A DNA stretch of 61,966 bases, counting the filler, from Nemertoderma westbladi (lineage: Eukaryota; Animalia; Xenacoelomorpha): assembly GCA_032718475.1 (NCBI GenBank). It is 4 parts of 4 records of this genome, joined end to end, with 100 filler letters (N's around TTAATTAATTAA, not from the genome) between each part and the next. Parts side by side here need not be neighbours in the genome. Positions count along the whole stretch, not along the records: positions 10,172 to 30,015 come from JAUCBJ010008142.1; positions 30,116 to 47,307 come from JAUCBJ010003247.1; 2 more parts are not named here. The stretch is one strand, 5' to 3'. Position numbers and translations under genes: made by a program. Positions 23,601 to 35,462 of the stretch are shown one piece after another. The notes beneath the pieces were generated by a model. The model ran no database searches. It saw only the letters and a program-made list of their open reading frames with translations, and was not told the origin of the DNA. Position 1 is the stretch's first letter. Each line of letters starts with the position of its first letter.

Positions 23601-26600
23601 CTATATATTTCCCCCATCTATATTTCCCCCATCTATATTTCCTCCATCTATATTTACCCCATCTATATTCCCCCCCTCTATATTCCTCCATCTATATTTC
23701 CTCCATCTATATTTCCTCCATCTATATTTCCTCCATCTATATTTCCCCCATCTATATTTCCCCATCTATATTTCCTCCATCTATATATTTCCCCCATCTA
23801 TATTTCCCCCATCTATATTTCCTCCATCTATATTTACCCCATCTATATTTCCCCATCTATATTTCCCCATCTATATTTCCCCATCTATATTTCCCCATCT
23901 ATATTTCCCCATCTATATTTCCCAATCTATATTTCCCCATCTATATTTCCCCCATCTATATTTCCCCCATCTATATTTCCCCATCTATATTTCCCCATCT
24001 ATATTTCCCCATCTATATTTCCCCATCTATATTTCCCAATCTATATTTCCCCATCTATATTTCCCCCATCTATATTTCCCCCATCTATATTTCCTCCATC
24101 TATATTTCCCCCATCTATATTTCCCCCATCTATATTTCCCCATCTATATTTCCTCCATCTATATTTCCCCCATCTATATTTCCCCCGTCTATATTTCCCC
24201 ATCTATATTTCCCCCATCTATATTTCCCCCATCTATATTTCCCCCATCTATATTTCCCCATCTATATTTCCTCCATCTATATTTCCCCCATCTATATTTC
24301 CCCCATCTATATTTCCCCATCTATATTTCCCCATCTATATTTCCCAATCTATATTTCCCAATCTATATTTCCCCATCTATATTTCCCCATCTATATTTCC
24401 CCATCTATATTTCCCCATCTATATTTCCCAATCTATATTTCCCAATCTATATTTCCCCATCTATATTTCCCCATCTATATTTCCCCATCTATATTTCCCC
24501 ATCTATATTTCCCCATCTATATTTCCCCATCTATATTTCGCCATCTATATTTCCCCATCTATATTTCCCAATCTATATTTCCCCATCTATATTTCCCCCA
24601 TCTATATTTCCCCCATCTATATTTCCCCATCTATATTTCCCCATCTATATTTCCCCATCTATATTTCCCCATCTATATTTCCCCATCTATATTTCCCCAT
24701 CTATATTTCCCCATCTATATTTCCCCATCTATATTTCCCCATCTATATTTCCCCATCTATATTTCCCAATCTATATTTCCCAATCTATATTTCCCCATCT
24801 ATATTTCCCCATCTATATTTCCCCATCTATATTTCCCCATCTATATTTCCTCCATATATATTTTCCCATCTATATTTCCCCATCTATATTTCCCCAATCT
24901 ATATTTCCCCATCTATATTTCCCCCATCTATATTTCCCCCATCTATATTTCCCCATCTATATTTCCCCATCTATATTTCCCCATCTATATTTCCCCATCT
25001 ATATTTCCCCATCTATATTTCCCCATCTATATTTCCCCCATCTATATTTCCTCCATCTATATTTCCCCCATCTATATTTCCCCATCTATATTTCCTCCAT
25101 CTATATTTCCCCATATATATTTCCCCATATATATTTCCCCATCTATATTTCCCCATCTATATTTCCCCATATATATTTCCCCATCTATATTTCCCCATCT
25201 ATATTTCCCCATATATATTTCCCCATCTATATTTCCCCATATATATTTCCCCATATATATTTCCCCATCTATATTTCCCCATCTATATTTCCCCATCTAT
25301 ATTTCCCCCATCTATATTTCCTCCATCTATATTTCCCCATCTATATTTCCCCATCTATATTTCCCCATCTATATTTCCCCCATCTATATTACCCCATCTA
25401 TATTTCCCCATATCCCATATATATTTCCCCATATATATTTCCCCATCTATATTTCCCCATCTATATTTCCCCCATCTATATTTCCCCCATCTATATTTCC
25501 CCTTCTATATTACCCCCATCTATATTTCCTCCATCTATATTTCCCCATCTATATTTCCCCATCTATATTTCCCCCATCTATATTTCCCCCATCTATATTT
25601 CCCCATCTATATTTCCCCATCTATATTTCCCCATCTATATTTCCCAATCTATATTTCCCCATCTATATTTCCCCCATCTATATTTCCCCCATCTATATTT
25701 CCTCCATCTATATTTCCCCCATCTATATTTCCCCCATCTATATTTCCCCCATCTATATTTCCCCCATCTATATTTCCCCCTCTATATTCCCCCGTCTATA
25801 TTTCCTCCATCGATATTTCCCCCATCTATATTTCCTCCATCTATATTTCCTCCATCGATATTTCCCCCATCTATATTTCCCCCATCTATATTTCCCCCAT
25901 ATATATTTCCTCCATCTATATTTCCTCCATCGATATTTCCTCCATCTATATTCCCCCATCTATATTTCCCCCATCTATATTTCCTCCATCGATATTTCCC
26001 CCATCTATATTTCCCCCATCTATATTTCCCCCATCTATATTTCCTCCATCTATATTTCCTCCATCGATATTTCCTCCATCTATATATTTCCCCCATCTAT
26101 ATTCCCCCCTCTATATTTCCCCCATCTATATTCCCCCCTCTATATTTCCCCCATCTATATTTCCTCCATCGATATTTCCCCCATCTATATTTCCCCCATC
26201 TATATTTCCCCCATCTATATTTCCTCCATCTATATTTCCCCATCTATATTTCCCCCATCTATATTTCCCCCATCTATATTTCCCCCATCTATATTTCCCC
26301 ATCTATATTTCCCCATCTATATTTCCCCATCTATATTTCACCATCTATATTTCCCAATCTATATTTCCCCATCTATATTTCCCCCATCTATATTTCCCCC
26401 ATCTATATTTCCTCCATCTATATTTCCCCCATCTATATTTCCCCCATCTATATTTCCCCATCTATATTTCCTCCATCTATATTTCCCCCATCTATATTTC
26501 CCCCATCTATATTTCCCCATCTATATTTCCCCCATCTATATTTCCCCCATCTATATTTCCCCATATATATTTCCCCATATATATTTCCCCATCTATATTT

Positions 26601-29181
26601 CCCCATATATATTACCCCATATATATTTCCCCATCTATATTTCCCCATCTATATTTCCCCATCTATATTTCCCCATATATATTTCCCCATCTATATTTCC
26701 CCATATATATTTCCCCATATATATTTCCCCATCTATATTTCCCCATCTATATTTCCCCATCTATATTTCCCCCATCTATATTTCCTCCATCTATATTTCC
26801 CCATCTATATTTCCCCATCTATATTTCCCCATCTATATTTCCCCCATCTATATTACCCCATCTATATTTCCCCATATATATTTCCCCATCTATATTTCTC
26901 CATATATATTTCCCCATATATATTTCCCCATCTATATTTCCCCATCTATATTTCCCCCATCTATATTTCCCCCATCTATATTTCCCCTTCTATATTACCC
27001 CCATCTATATTTCCTCCATCTATATTTCCCCATCTATATTTCCCCATCTATATTTCCCCATCTATATTTCCCCCATCTATATTTCCCCCATCTATATTTC
27101 CCCATCTATATTTCCCCATCTATATTTCCTCCATCTATATTTCCCCATCTATATTTCCCCATCTATATTTCCCCATCTATATTTCCCCCATCTATATTTC
27201 CTCCATCTATATTTCCCCCATCTATATTTCCCCATATATATTTCCCCATATATATTTCCCCATCTATATTTCCCCATATATATTTCCCCATATATATTTC
27301 CCCATCTATATTTCCCCATCTATATTTCCCCATCTATATTTCCCCATCTATATTTCCCCCATCTATATTTCCCCCATCTATATTTCCCCCATCTATATTA
27401 CCCCATCTATATTTCCCCATATATATTTCCCCATCTATATTTCCCCATATATATTTCCCCATATATATTTCCCCATATATATTTCCCCATCTATATTTCC
27501 CCCATCTATATTTCCCCATCTATATTTCCCCTTCTATATTTCCCCCATCTATATTTCCTCCATCTATATTTCCCCATCTATATTTCCCCCATCTATATTT
27601 CCCCATCTATATTTCCCCCATCTATATTTCCCCCATCTATATTTCCCCCATCTATATTTCCCTCCCATCTATATTTCCCCATCTATATTTCCCCCATCTA
27701 TATTTCCCCATCTATATTTCCTCCATCTATATTTCCCCCATCTATATTTCCCCCATCTATATTTCCTCCATCTATATTTCCCCATCTATATTTCCCCCAT
27801 CTATATTTCCCCCATCTATATTTCCCCCATCTATATTTCCTCCATCTATTTTTCTATATTTCCCCCATCTATATTTCCCCCATCTCTATATTTCCCCCAT
27901 CGATATTTCCCCCATCTATATTTCCTCCATCTATATTTCCTCCATCGATATTTCCCCCATCTATATTTCCCCCATCTATATTTCCCCCATCTATATTTCC
28001 TCCATCTATATTTCCTCCCATCTATATTTCCCCCATCTATATTTCCCCCATCTATATTTCCTCCATCTATATTTCCCCCATCTATATTTCCCCCATCTAT
28101 ATTTCCCCCATCTATATTTCCTCCATCTATATTTCCTCCATCGATATTTCCCCCATCTATATTTCCCCCATCTATATTTCCCCCCTCTATATTTCCCCCA
28201 TCTATACCCCCCTCTATATTTCCCCCATCTATATTTCCTCCATCGATATTTCCCCCATCTATATTTCCCCCATCTATATTTCCCCCATCTATATTTCCTC
28301 CATCTATATATTTCCCCCATCTATATTTCCCCCATCTATATTTCCTCCATCTATATTTCCCCCATCTATATTTCCCCCATCTATATTTCCTCCATCTATA
28401 TTTCCCCCATCTATATTTCCCCCATCTATATTTCCCCCATCTATATTTCCTCCATCGATATTTCCCCCATCTATATTTCCCCCATCTATATTTCCTCCAT
28501 CTATATTTCCCCCATCTTTATTTCCCCATCTATATTTCCCCATATATATTTCCCCATCTATATTTCCCCATCTATATTTCCCCCATCTATATTTCCTCCA
28601 TCTATATTTCCCCATCTATATTTCCTCCATCTATATATTTCCCCCATCTATATTTCCCCATCTATATTTCCCCATCTATATTTCCCCATCTATATTTCCC
28701 CCATCTATATTTCCCCCCTCTATATTTCCTCCATCTATATTCCCTCCATCTATATATTTCCCCCATCTATATTTCCCCCATCTATATTTCCCCCATCTAT
28801 ATTTCCCCCATCTATATTTCCTCCATCTATATTTCCCCCATCTATATTTCCCCCCTCTATATTTCCTCACAACTATATTTCCCCCGTCTATATATTTCCC
28901 CCATCTATATTTCCTCCATCTATATTTCCTCCATCTATATTTCCTCCATCTATATTTCCTCCATCTATATATTTCCCCCATCTATATATTTCCCCCATCT
29001 ATATTGCCCCCATCTATATTTCCCCCATCTATATTTCCTCCATCTATATATTTCCCCCATCTATATTTCCCCCATCTATATTTCCCCCCATCTATATTTC
29101 CCCCCTCTATATTTCCGCCCGTCTATATTTCCTCCATCGATATTTCCCCCATCTATATTTCCCCCATCTACATTTCCCCCC
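20603..29181. repeat. Satellite, 14-15 bp unit tctatatttcccc(c)a / tctatatttcctcca, ~590 copies
   Basis: Read directly; nearly G-free + strand; the 2500-2900 aa ORFs here are artefacts. Confidence 0.98.
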
Positions 29182-29842
29182 TCGCGTGGCCGTGTTTCAG
29201 GTACATCAGCTCACTGTTTCTCGAATTTGTTCAGAATTTCCCGATTTTCCCTTGAAGTTGCTTGTTGATATGGATATTTCATATTTGTATTCTATTACGT
29301 TTGTATAAGCGAATTATTAGGAAGCTACGATTTATAATATTTCAAACTGTTTCATATTATTTAGCCGATATTATTCCTTAGTTTGGTACATTGCATGGGG
29401 GATTATTTTGGGATAGTTTATATATTTCCGGTTATTTTTATAGGTAAAATGCTTTGTGCGAATAGATAACAATGATCTGACCGGTGCGCCACTGGTATCA
29501 TTGGGATTTTTACCCAGTGAACGAATTCTACACTGTACAGGTTGATGATGTATATTGAAATACTGAGTACCTCGATCAGTTGGAATTAATCTCGTGTGAC
29601 AGATATGATAATTATCTTGTAACCCATAAATCGCCTATATGGTTAACATAAATTTAAACAATTTGTAAAATAACTTTTATTCTTAAATTGTTACTTTTTG
29701 ACGTTAAAATTGAGTACATTTTTTCATTAGGTGAATAACGTAACCCATAGGTCGCATTGATTTTACTTTTTCCCCGGCTCAAGAAAAAAGTTAAATAAGA
29801 ATAAATGTGAAAATATTTTGGTGGAATTTCTTAAATTTTATT

Positions 29843-30015
29843 ATTTTATTAACATAGTGACGTCGGTCCAGCCGACATTATATTATCTTCAAAGTAAAAT
29901 TGTGTAGTACATCATGCACAAGTGACGGGTAAAACGGGTAAAACGAGTAAAACGAACGCGCAAATAATTACATGTGTTGCGTAGTACATCCGGTAAAAGT
30001 ACAAAGTACGGTAGA
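29843..30015 (-). mobile_element. 3' end of the LINE family also present at 53314-54366
   Basis: Reverse complement of 54199-54360, including the gtcggctggaccgac hairpin and aataaa tail; runs into the gap. Confidence 0.85.
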
Positions 30016-30115
30016 NNNNNNNNNNNNNNNNNNNNNNNNNNNNNNNNNNNNNNNNNNNNTTAATTAATTAANNNNNNNNNNNNNNNNNNNNNNNNNNNNN
30101 NNNNNNNNNNNNNNN
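30016..30115. other. Assembly gap with artificial linker; may hide the first synaptojanin exon(s)
   Basis: N44-TTAATTAATTAA-N44. Confidence 0.97.
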
Positions 30116-30449
30116 CGCAACCAATTTGATTGTTGTGTGATATATTTTTGTGGCCCAAACGGCACCCCATAGCATTCATGGTACCGTACCGTTAGGACTA
30201 CTGTTGGCTGTCAGGCTGTACTGTAGAGATAATGATTACCGGTATGTTAGTTTCAGCTAAAATTACCAATTAATGCCTTGGGATAAGGGTAACGGTAGAC
30301 AGGATACCCGGTAGAAACCGGTAGAGTCAAAATTTCTGAATTTGACTTTTAATCTGCATAGAACTGTTCGTTTGTCCAAGTTTATAGGCCAATCCCATAA
30401 CGTTTATTAATTAATTATATAATTATCGTATTGTTTCTTTGGATTGCAG

Positions 30450-31032
30450 CGAGGTATTCCGTCTGACGGCGACCGAATGCGTCCCGTTGCACCGCGGTCT
30501 GCCCAACGCGGACGACGAGCGGCTAACCAGCGTACAGAAACTCCTCCACTCCGGGTGTTTCTTCTTCACACGGTCGGCGACCCCCGGTCACTCGTTGGAC
30601 CTCAGTCTGTGTTGGCAACGGCAGAAGCAACGGACCGACAGTCGCTTCTTCTGGAACCGACATTTACAGACACATTTCCATCGTTTCTCTATCGACACCA
30701 AACTCTGGTTGTTGCGGCTTATCTGCGGCGGTATCAATATGTCTACTGTTTGGGCGGGGTCGTACAACGCGAAAGCGATAGTCATATCGCGGTTGAGTTC
30801 GGAACGGGTGGGAACGCGGTTCCTCACGCGGGGGGTCGACGACGACGGGAAGGTGGCCAACTTCGTGGAGACGGAGCAGATTATATGGGTGGATAAGGGC
30901 GGGGAGAACGCGGGCGGGGAGAACGAGGGCGGGGAGACCGAGGGCGGGGAGAACAAGAAACAGGTGTCGGTCAGTTCGTTTTTACAGACGCGAGGGTCAG
31001 TACCGGTATTCTGGGAACAACAGGGGCTGCAG
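30450..31032 (+). CDS. SYNJ1: Synaptojanin exon (Sac1 domain, part 1); N-terminal exon(s) not visible
   Basis: EVFRLT, DSRFFWNRHL, ISRLSSERVGTRFLTRGVDDDGKVANFVETEQ, SFLQTRGSVPVFWEQ; acceptor ttgcag|, donor CAG|gtgagc. Confidence 0.93.
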
Positions 31033-31054
31033 GTGAGCGGATTCGTAAAGTAGA

Positions 31055-31230
31055 TCACTGGTTCGATCGCTTGTCATGTTCTTTCCCGCTCAGTATTGCC
31101 ATACTGACGTTGACGGCGACCCCAGCCGTGTGGAACGGCGTTAAATAACTATAACAAAGTGTTGCAAGAGCTAACGCAGTCAGCCGGATTCGAACCGGGG
31201 CCTTCAACATCGCTAACCAGTTCAGCCAGG
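31055..31230 (-). mobile_element. tRNA-derived SINE-like element in a synaptojanin intron
   Basis: Minus strand tggctgaactgg (A box)...ggttcgaatcc (B box) with a shortened spacer; body with hairpins tcagtat-ggca-atactga and gccgt-tccac-acggc. Confidence 0.5.
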
Positions 31231-31888
31231 GTTTTTTTTTCTAAATATGTTAATTAAATTTTTAAATAAAAATTGTGAGAGACAGAGTTCACTCTTACGG
31301 AGCTAAAACAACCGAAAATGCTTGGGACATTATCGCAAGAAAGGCGAATTAGCGTCATTAAGGGGATGGTGGGGCGGGGGGCGGCCGGAATGTTCGAATT
31401 TAAAGCATTTTGTAATGCTTACTGCCCCAAAATACAAATAATATTTTTTCTCAACCTGTTTTGTGGATCTCAATACAATACAAATAACGGCTGGTGTTAA
31501 TTAGGTTTTTACTGTCCAGCCACTCGCCCCTGACACTTACTGACTCTCCCAACGAATCCACTTCTATTGAACATCCGGTCTTAAGTTGCATAATCGACTA
31601 ATTTGGTAAATTAAATAATTTGGTCGACAAATCCGACGGACTTGGTTATTTTATTCCCATTTACCGGGTTGTGTTGATACGACCCCCCCCCCCCCCCCCC
31701 AAATGGTAATAAAAATTATTATATTATGACATAAATTACCTTTTTTGGGGGTTTAGGAAGATAAGGATGGGATAAGTTCGGATGAATTAGTTTTGGTTAA
31801 CCCTTTTTCCTTAGATTGACTGAACCAAAATGTCCCACAAACTTTATTATCCCCTATAAATACTGTATCTCCGTCCCGCTCCGTTTAG

Positions 31889-32747
31889 ATTGGTGAACAT
31901 AGGCTGCGGTTTAGCCGCCCCTTTGCGGCATGCCTCCCGGCCTTCGAACGCCATATCGATTCCCTAATAGACCGCTACGGGGCGCTGGTTCTAGTCAACC
32001 TACTCGGCAGCTCGGAGGGCGAGCGGAAACTCAGCCAGTACTTCAAGGGACTCACTAATTGCCTTTACGCGAGCCAACGAACTATCGACCAACCGCCCGA
32101 GCTGCCCTACATCGAGTTCGACTACCATTCCGAAGTAAAAGGAGGGAAGGGAATAGACAGACTGCTAAGGGAGGTTTTACCGTATTTAAATAAATTCGGG
32201 TTTTATAGTTTGGATGAGTCGGAAGGTATTACAAGAAGTCGCGCGGAGTTACCGCAACCGCACCGCAACGGACACCAACAGATCGGTGTAATTCGTACGA
32301 ACTGCGTGGATTGTCTCGATCGAACTAATGCGGTGCAGACTGTATTTGGGTTGGCTGTTCTTGGGAGACAGTTGGAGGCGTTGGGGATAAATAAGTCGTA
32401 TAAGGAGCGGTTTGTTGGTAAGTTTACGAATATGTGGGCGTTTAACGGCGACCATGTCGCTCAGATATACGCCGGTACCGGCGCTCTGAGCGGGAAAAAC
32501 ATTGTGGGCAAATGCAAGGACGGCGTCAAGTCCGCCAAACGGACCATTCAGAATAACTTCCTGGATAGTGCCAAGCAGGCTGCTATGGATGCGTTTCTGT
32601 CAGCTGGACAGCTGCGTTCGCCCCTCGCCAATAGGGGGCGCGAACTAATGGGGCGCAGCGCCCCGTTACTGTCTGCGCACGCTATCAGCAGGTTGTGTAA
32701 GCGGGAGGGAGAGTTCTGTACAGGCAATACGTTGCGCGTCGCCGTAG
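31889..32747 (+). CDS. SYNJ1: Synaptojanin exon (Sac1 catalytic CX5R)
   Basis: Acceptor gtttag|ATT; IGEHRLRFSRPF...VNLLGSSEGE; RTNCVDCLDRTN; IYAGTGAL; RTIQNNFLDSAKQ; donor G|gtaagc, phase 1. Confidence 0.95.
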
Positions 32748-34146
32748 GTAAGCCAATATAGTGTATTTACTTATTAACTATATATATATATTTAGTACTT
32801 GGAAAACTAATATACTTTTTTTCCCTACGCGCCCCCCATATGGTGTATAAATTGGATATCTGCTCGCGAGGTTACCGAGAACACCAAAAAGTATCGTTTT
32901 GAGAAAAAACATAATATATATCTCGTTTGCCTCAGTGTGACCGATTTTTTGCACGGAGGTCTTGGAAGATATGATGAGTAATTTGAAAATAGGGGTCCGG
33001 TGTATCACAATGTAATTTATTAATGAAAAAAACGGGATCTCTCTTATTTTACAGAGGCAGTGTGGGGTGTTTTGACTGTATCTCCACTCCATTAGTTTTT
33101 TTGTCAGTAATTTGGTATTATATTTATTTATTCTCCACATAGATGGTTACTGCTCTAAAACCAACCACTGGTACCTATTTTATGAAATACTTCCAATTTT
33201 AGCATGGTTTTTGTTTAATGATAAGCCTAATATATTAAATTTATTGCCATTGGTAACATTTATATGGTGGAAAGCAGGTCCAACGGGAGTACAGAAATGA
33301 GAGGATACAATGTTAAGGGTTTAAATCACAGAAAACTTAAACGAAAATCAACCTATCTCGGGAAACTAAAATTATTGCAATACTTACAATTTTTATCCCA
33401 AATTCTTGCCATTAATTATTGTTATTTATGTTCTGATTCACATAATTTATATTCAACAGTCCTCAATAATGCCTAAAAACACCACAGGACCGGTAATTGT
33501 CATTGTATTAATTTCCTCGCTTAAACATAATTCTACACGAATTACGTCCGTTACGATAAATACACAACAAATACTTACTGCATTGGTGTTAGTTTTTTGT
33601 CTAAAGTTACTAGACAATAAATCTGCTTTGCACTGACAGTGATGAGTTTAATACGTCACCCCTTCCTCCTGTATTTTAAACTTTTCCCCTTTTTCCGTAA
33701 CGGACGTAATTTTTGACTTGGTCTATTACAAGTACAACCGCATCGTAGAACATTGTACCCTATATATGAAATCTCCAAATCTCTGACACTGTAACTCCAT
33801 TAGTTTTTCTATCAGTAATTGGTTATTTTATTTTTTCCTTCTCCCCATGAGGTGTAGATAATTGCAAAAGTAGTTGAATGAATTTTCAATATGATTTATT
33901 GAATATATTTACTTCATATTCAGTCCTAATTTTTTTTTGAAGTCACATAAATATATTTGGGTCAGTGTGTGTTTTTCAATCAATTTGGGATATCTGGAAT
34001 ACTTTAACACCCATCATATGTATAGTTGAATCATTTCAATTTTTGGTAGTGGGGGTGACCTTTTCGTGGAATTGCCCATGTGAGTTGTTTTTGACTCGGC
34101 GGTCGTCATGATAACTGTAATTATTTATTTATAATTTATTGCCCAG

Positions 34147-34693
34147 GGACTTGGAATGTTAACGGAGGTAAGAACCTCCGGAGTATAGCACACGATCAGA
34201 ACCTCTCTGATTGGTTGCTATACGCGCCGTTGCTACGGGAGGGCTACAGCCAGGGCTGGTGTAGACGCGACGGGCGGCGTGACCCGCTACTCCCCGCCGA
34301 TATCTACGTGATCGGATTCCAAGAAATGGTAGAGTTGAACACGGGAAACATCATCAACGCATCGGAGTTCAACAAAAACACCTGGGGAGCGGAACTCCAG
34401 AAAGTTCTGCGTAGCAGCGGGAAACGGGATTACGTTCTGGTGAGTTCCGCCCAACTCGTGGGTATTTGTCTGTTCGTCTACGTCGGTACCTGGCTGGTCG
34501 GCGACATCCGTGGCGTTGCCTCGGATTCAGTAAAGACGGGACTGGGTGGGGCCGCGGGGAATAAGGGAGCCGTCGCGGTTCGCTTGCAACTACACGCGTC
34601 CAGCTGGTGTTTCGTTTGCGCGCATTTAGCGGCGGGGCAGGGGAACGTTAGGGAGCGAAACGATAATTACAACGAGATCAAAAGGAAACTTAG
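34147..34693 (+). CDS. SYNJ1: Synaptojanin exon (inositol 5-phosphatase domain, part 1)
   Basis: cccag|GG ACT TGG AAT GTT gives GTWNVNGGK; DIYVIGFQEMVEL; VKTGLGGAAGNKGAV; FVCAHLAAGQ; donor AG|gtgggt, phase 2. Confidence 0.95.
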
Positions 34694-34822
34694 GTGGGTG
34701 TCATTTATATTGGGTTGGACGTACCGAAGAGGACCAGGTAATTTTGTACCAGGTTTAAAGAGGTCCTTAACTCTTATTATTATTCTATATTCTGGTGTTC
34801 GGCCCTTCCCTTATCTAGCATG

Positions 34823-35278
34823 TAGAGGTCCGATTATTAAGAGCAGCAGTAGTTCCAGTACTCCTCTATGGGAGTCCATGCTGGGCTCTAACTGCTGAGG
34901 ACACCAAATCTCTGGATGGCACATTCACAAGAATGCTACGCCGGGTTCATTGTGTCAAGTACAATGCACACATCTCCAACCAGACACTATATAACATTGG
35001 AGGTGTCTCATTGGTTCCCCCAAGCTTGACACTAGAACAAAATCGCCTCCGCTTTGCAGGACATTGCTTTCGCCGTGAGGACCAGCCAGTGCATAATCTT
35101 GTACTTTGGCAGCCTCATGGAGTGAATAAGCATGGTGGGCAGCCCATGACTTTTTTGAGACGCATCTTAAAGGACACTGGCCTTGAAGATGCGGATGATC
35201 TAGCAAATGCCATGGGTGATAGGGAGTTGTGGCGGCGCAATTTTGCCGAATGCACGATCAATGCCCATCCCAGTAGTA
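34823..35278 (+). mobile_element. Short 5'-truncated copy of the RTE family in a synaptojanin intron
   Basis: Near-identical to the 3' end of the 2703-5171 ORF; ends cagtagta; 13-bp TSD cttatctagcatg at 34810-34822 and 35279-35291. Confidence 0.93.
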
Positions 35279-35462
35279 CTTATCTAGCATGCGACATACA
35301 GACTTAAAAACGACTCACTATTCATTGTTTATGACCCTCGTATATTTATGTAAACCCCCACTTTGCTCTCGTTCTGTACAAAGATAAATAGACTACGGTC
35401 AACGGTCATAACAATGTAAAGTGTTACTTTTTATCATTTAACTCTCCATTTATATCCCTTAG

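Noticed and set aside
20598-29308. Three giant ORFs (2533-2902 aa) and many [10 protein letters not shown] antisense ORFs
   Set aside because: The satellite unit lacks TAA/TAG/TGA on the + strand, so all frames are open; 14/15-bp units constantly shift frame.
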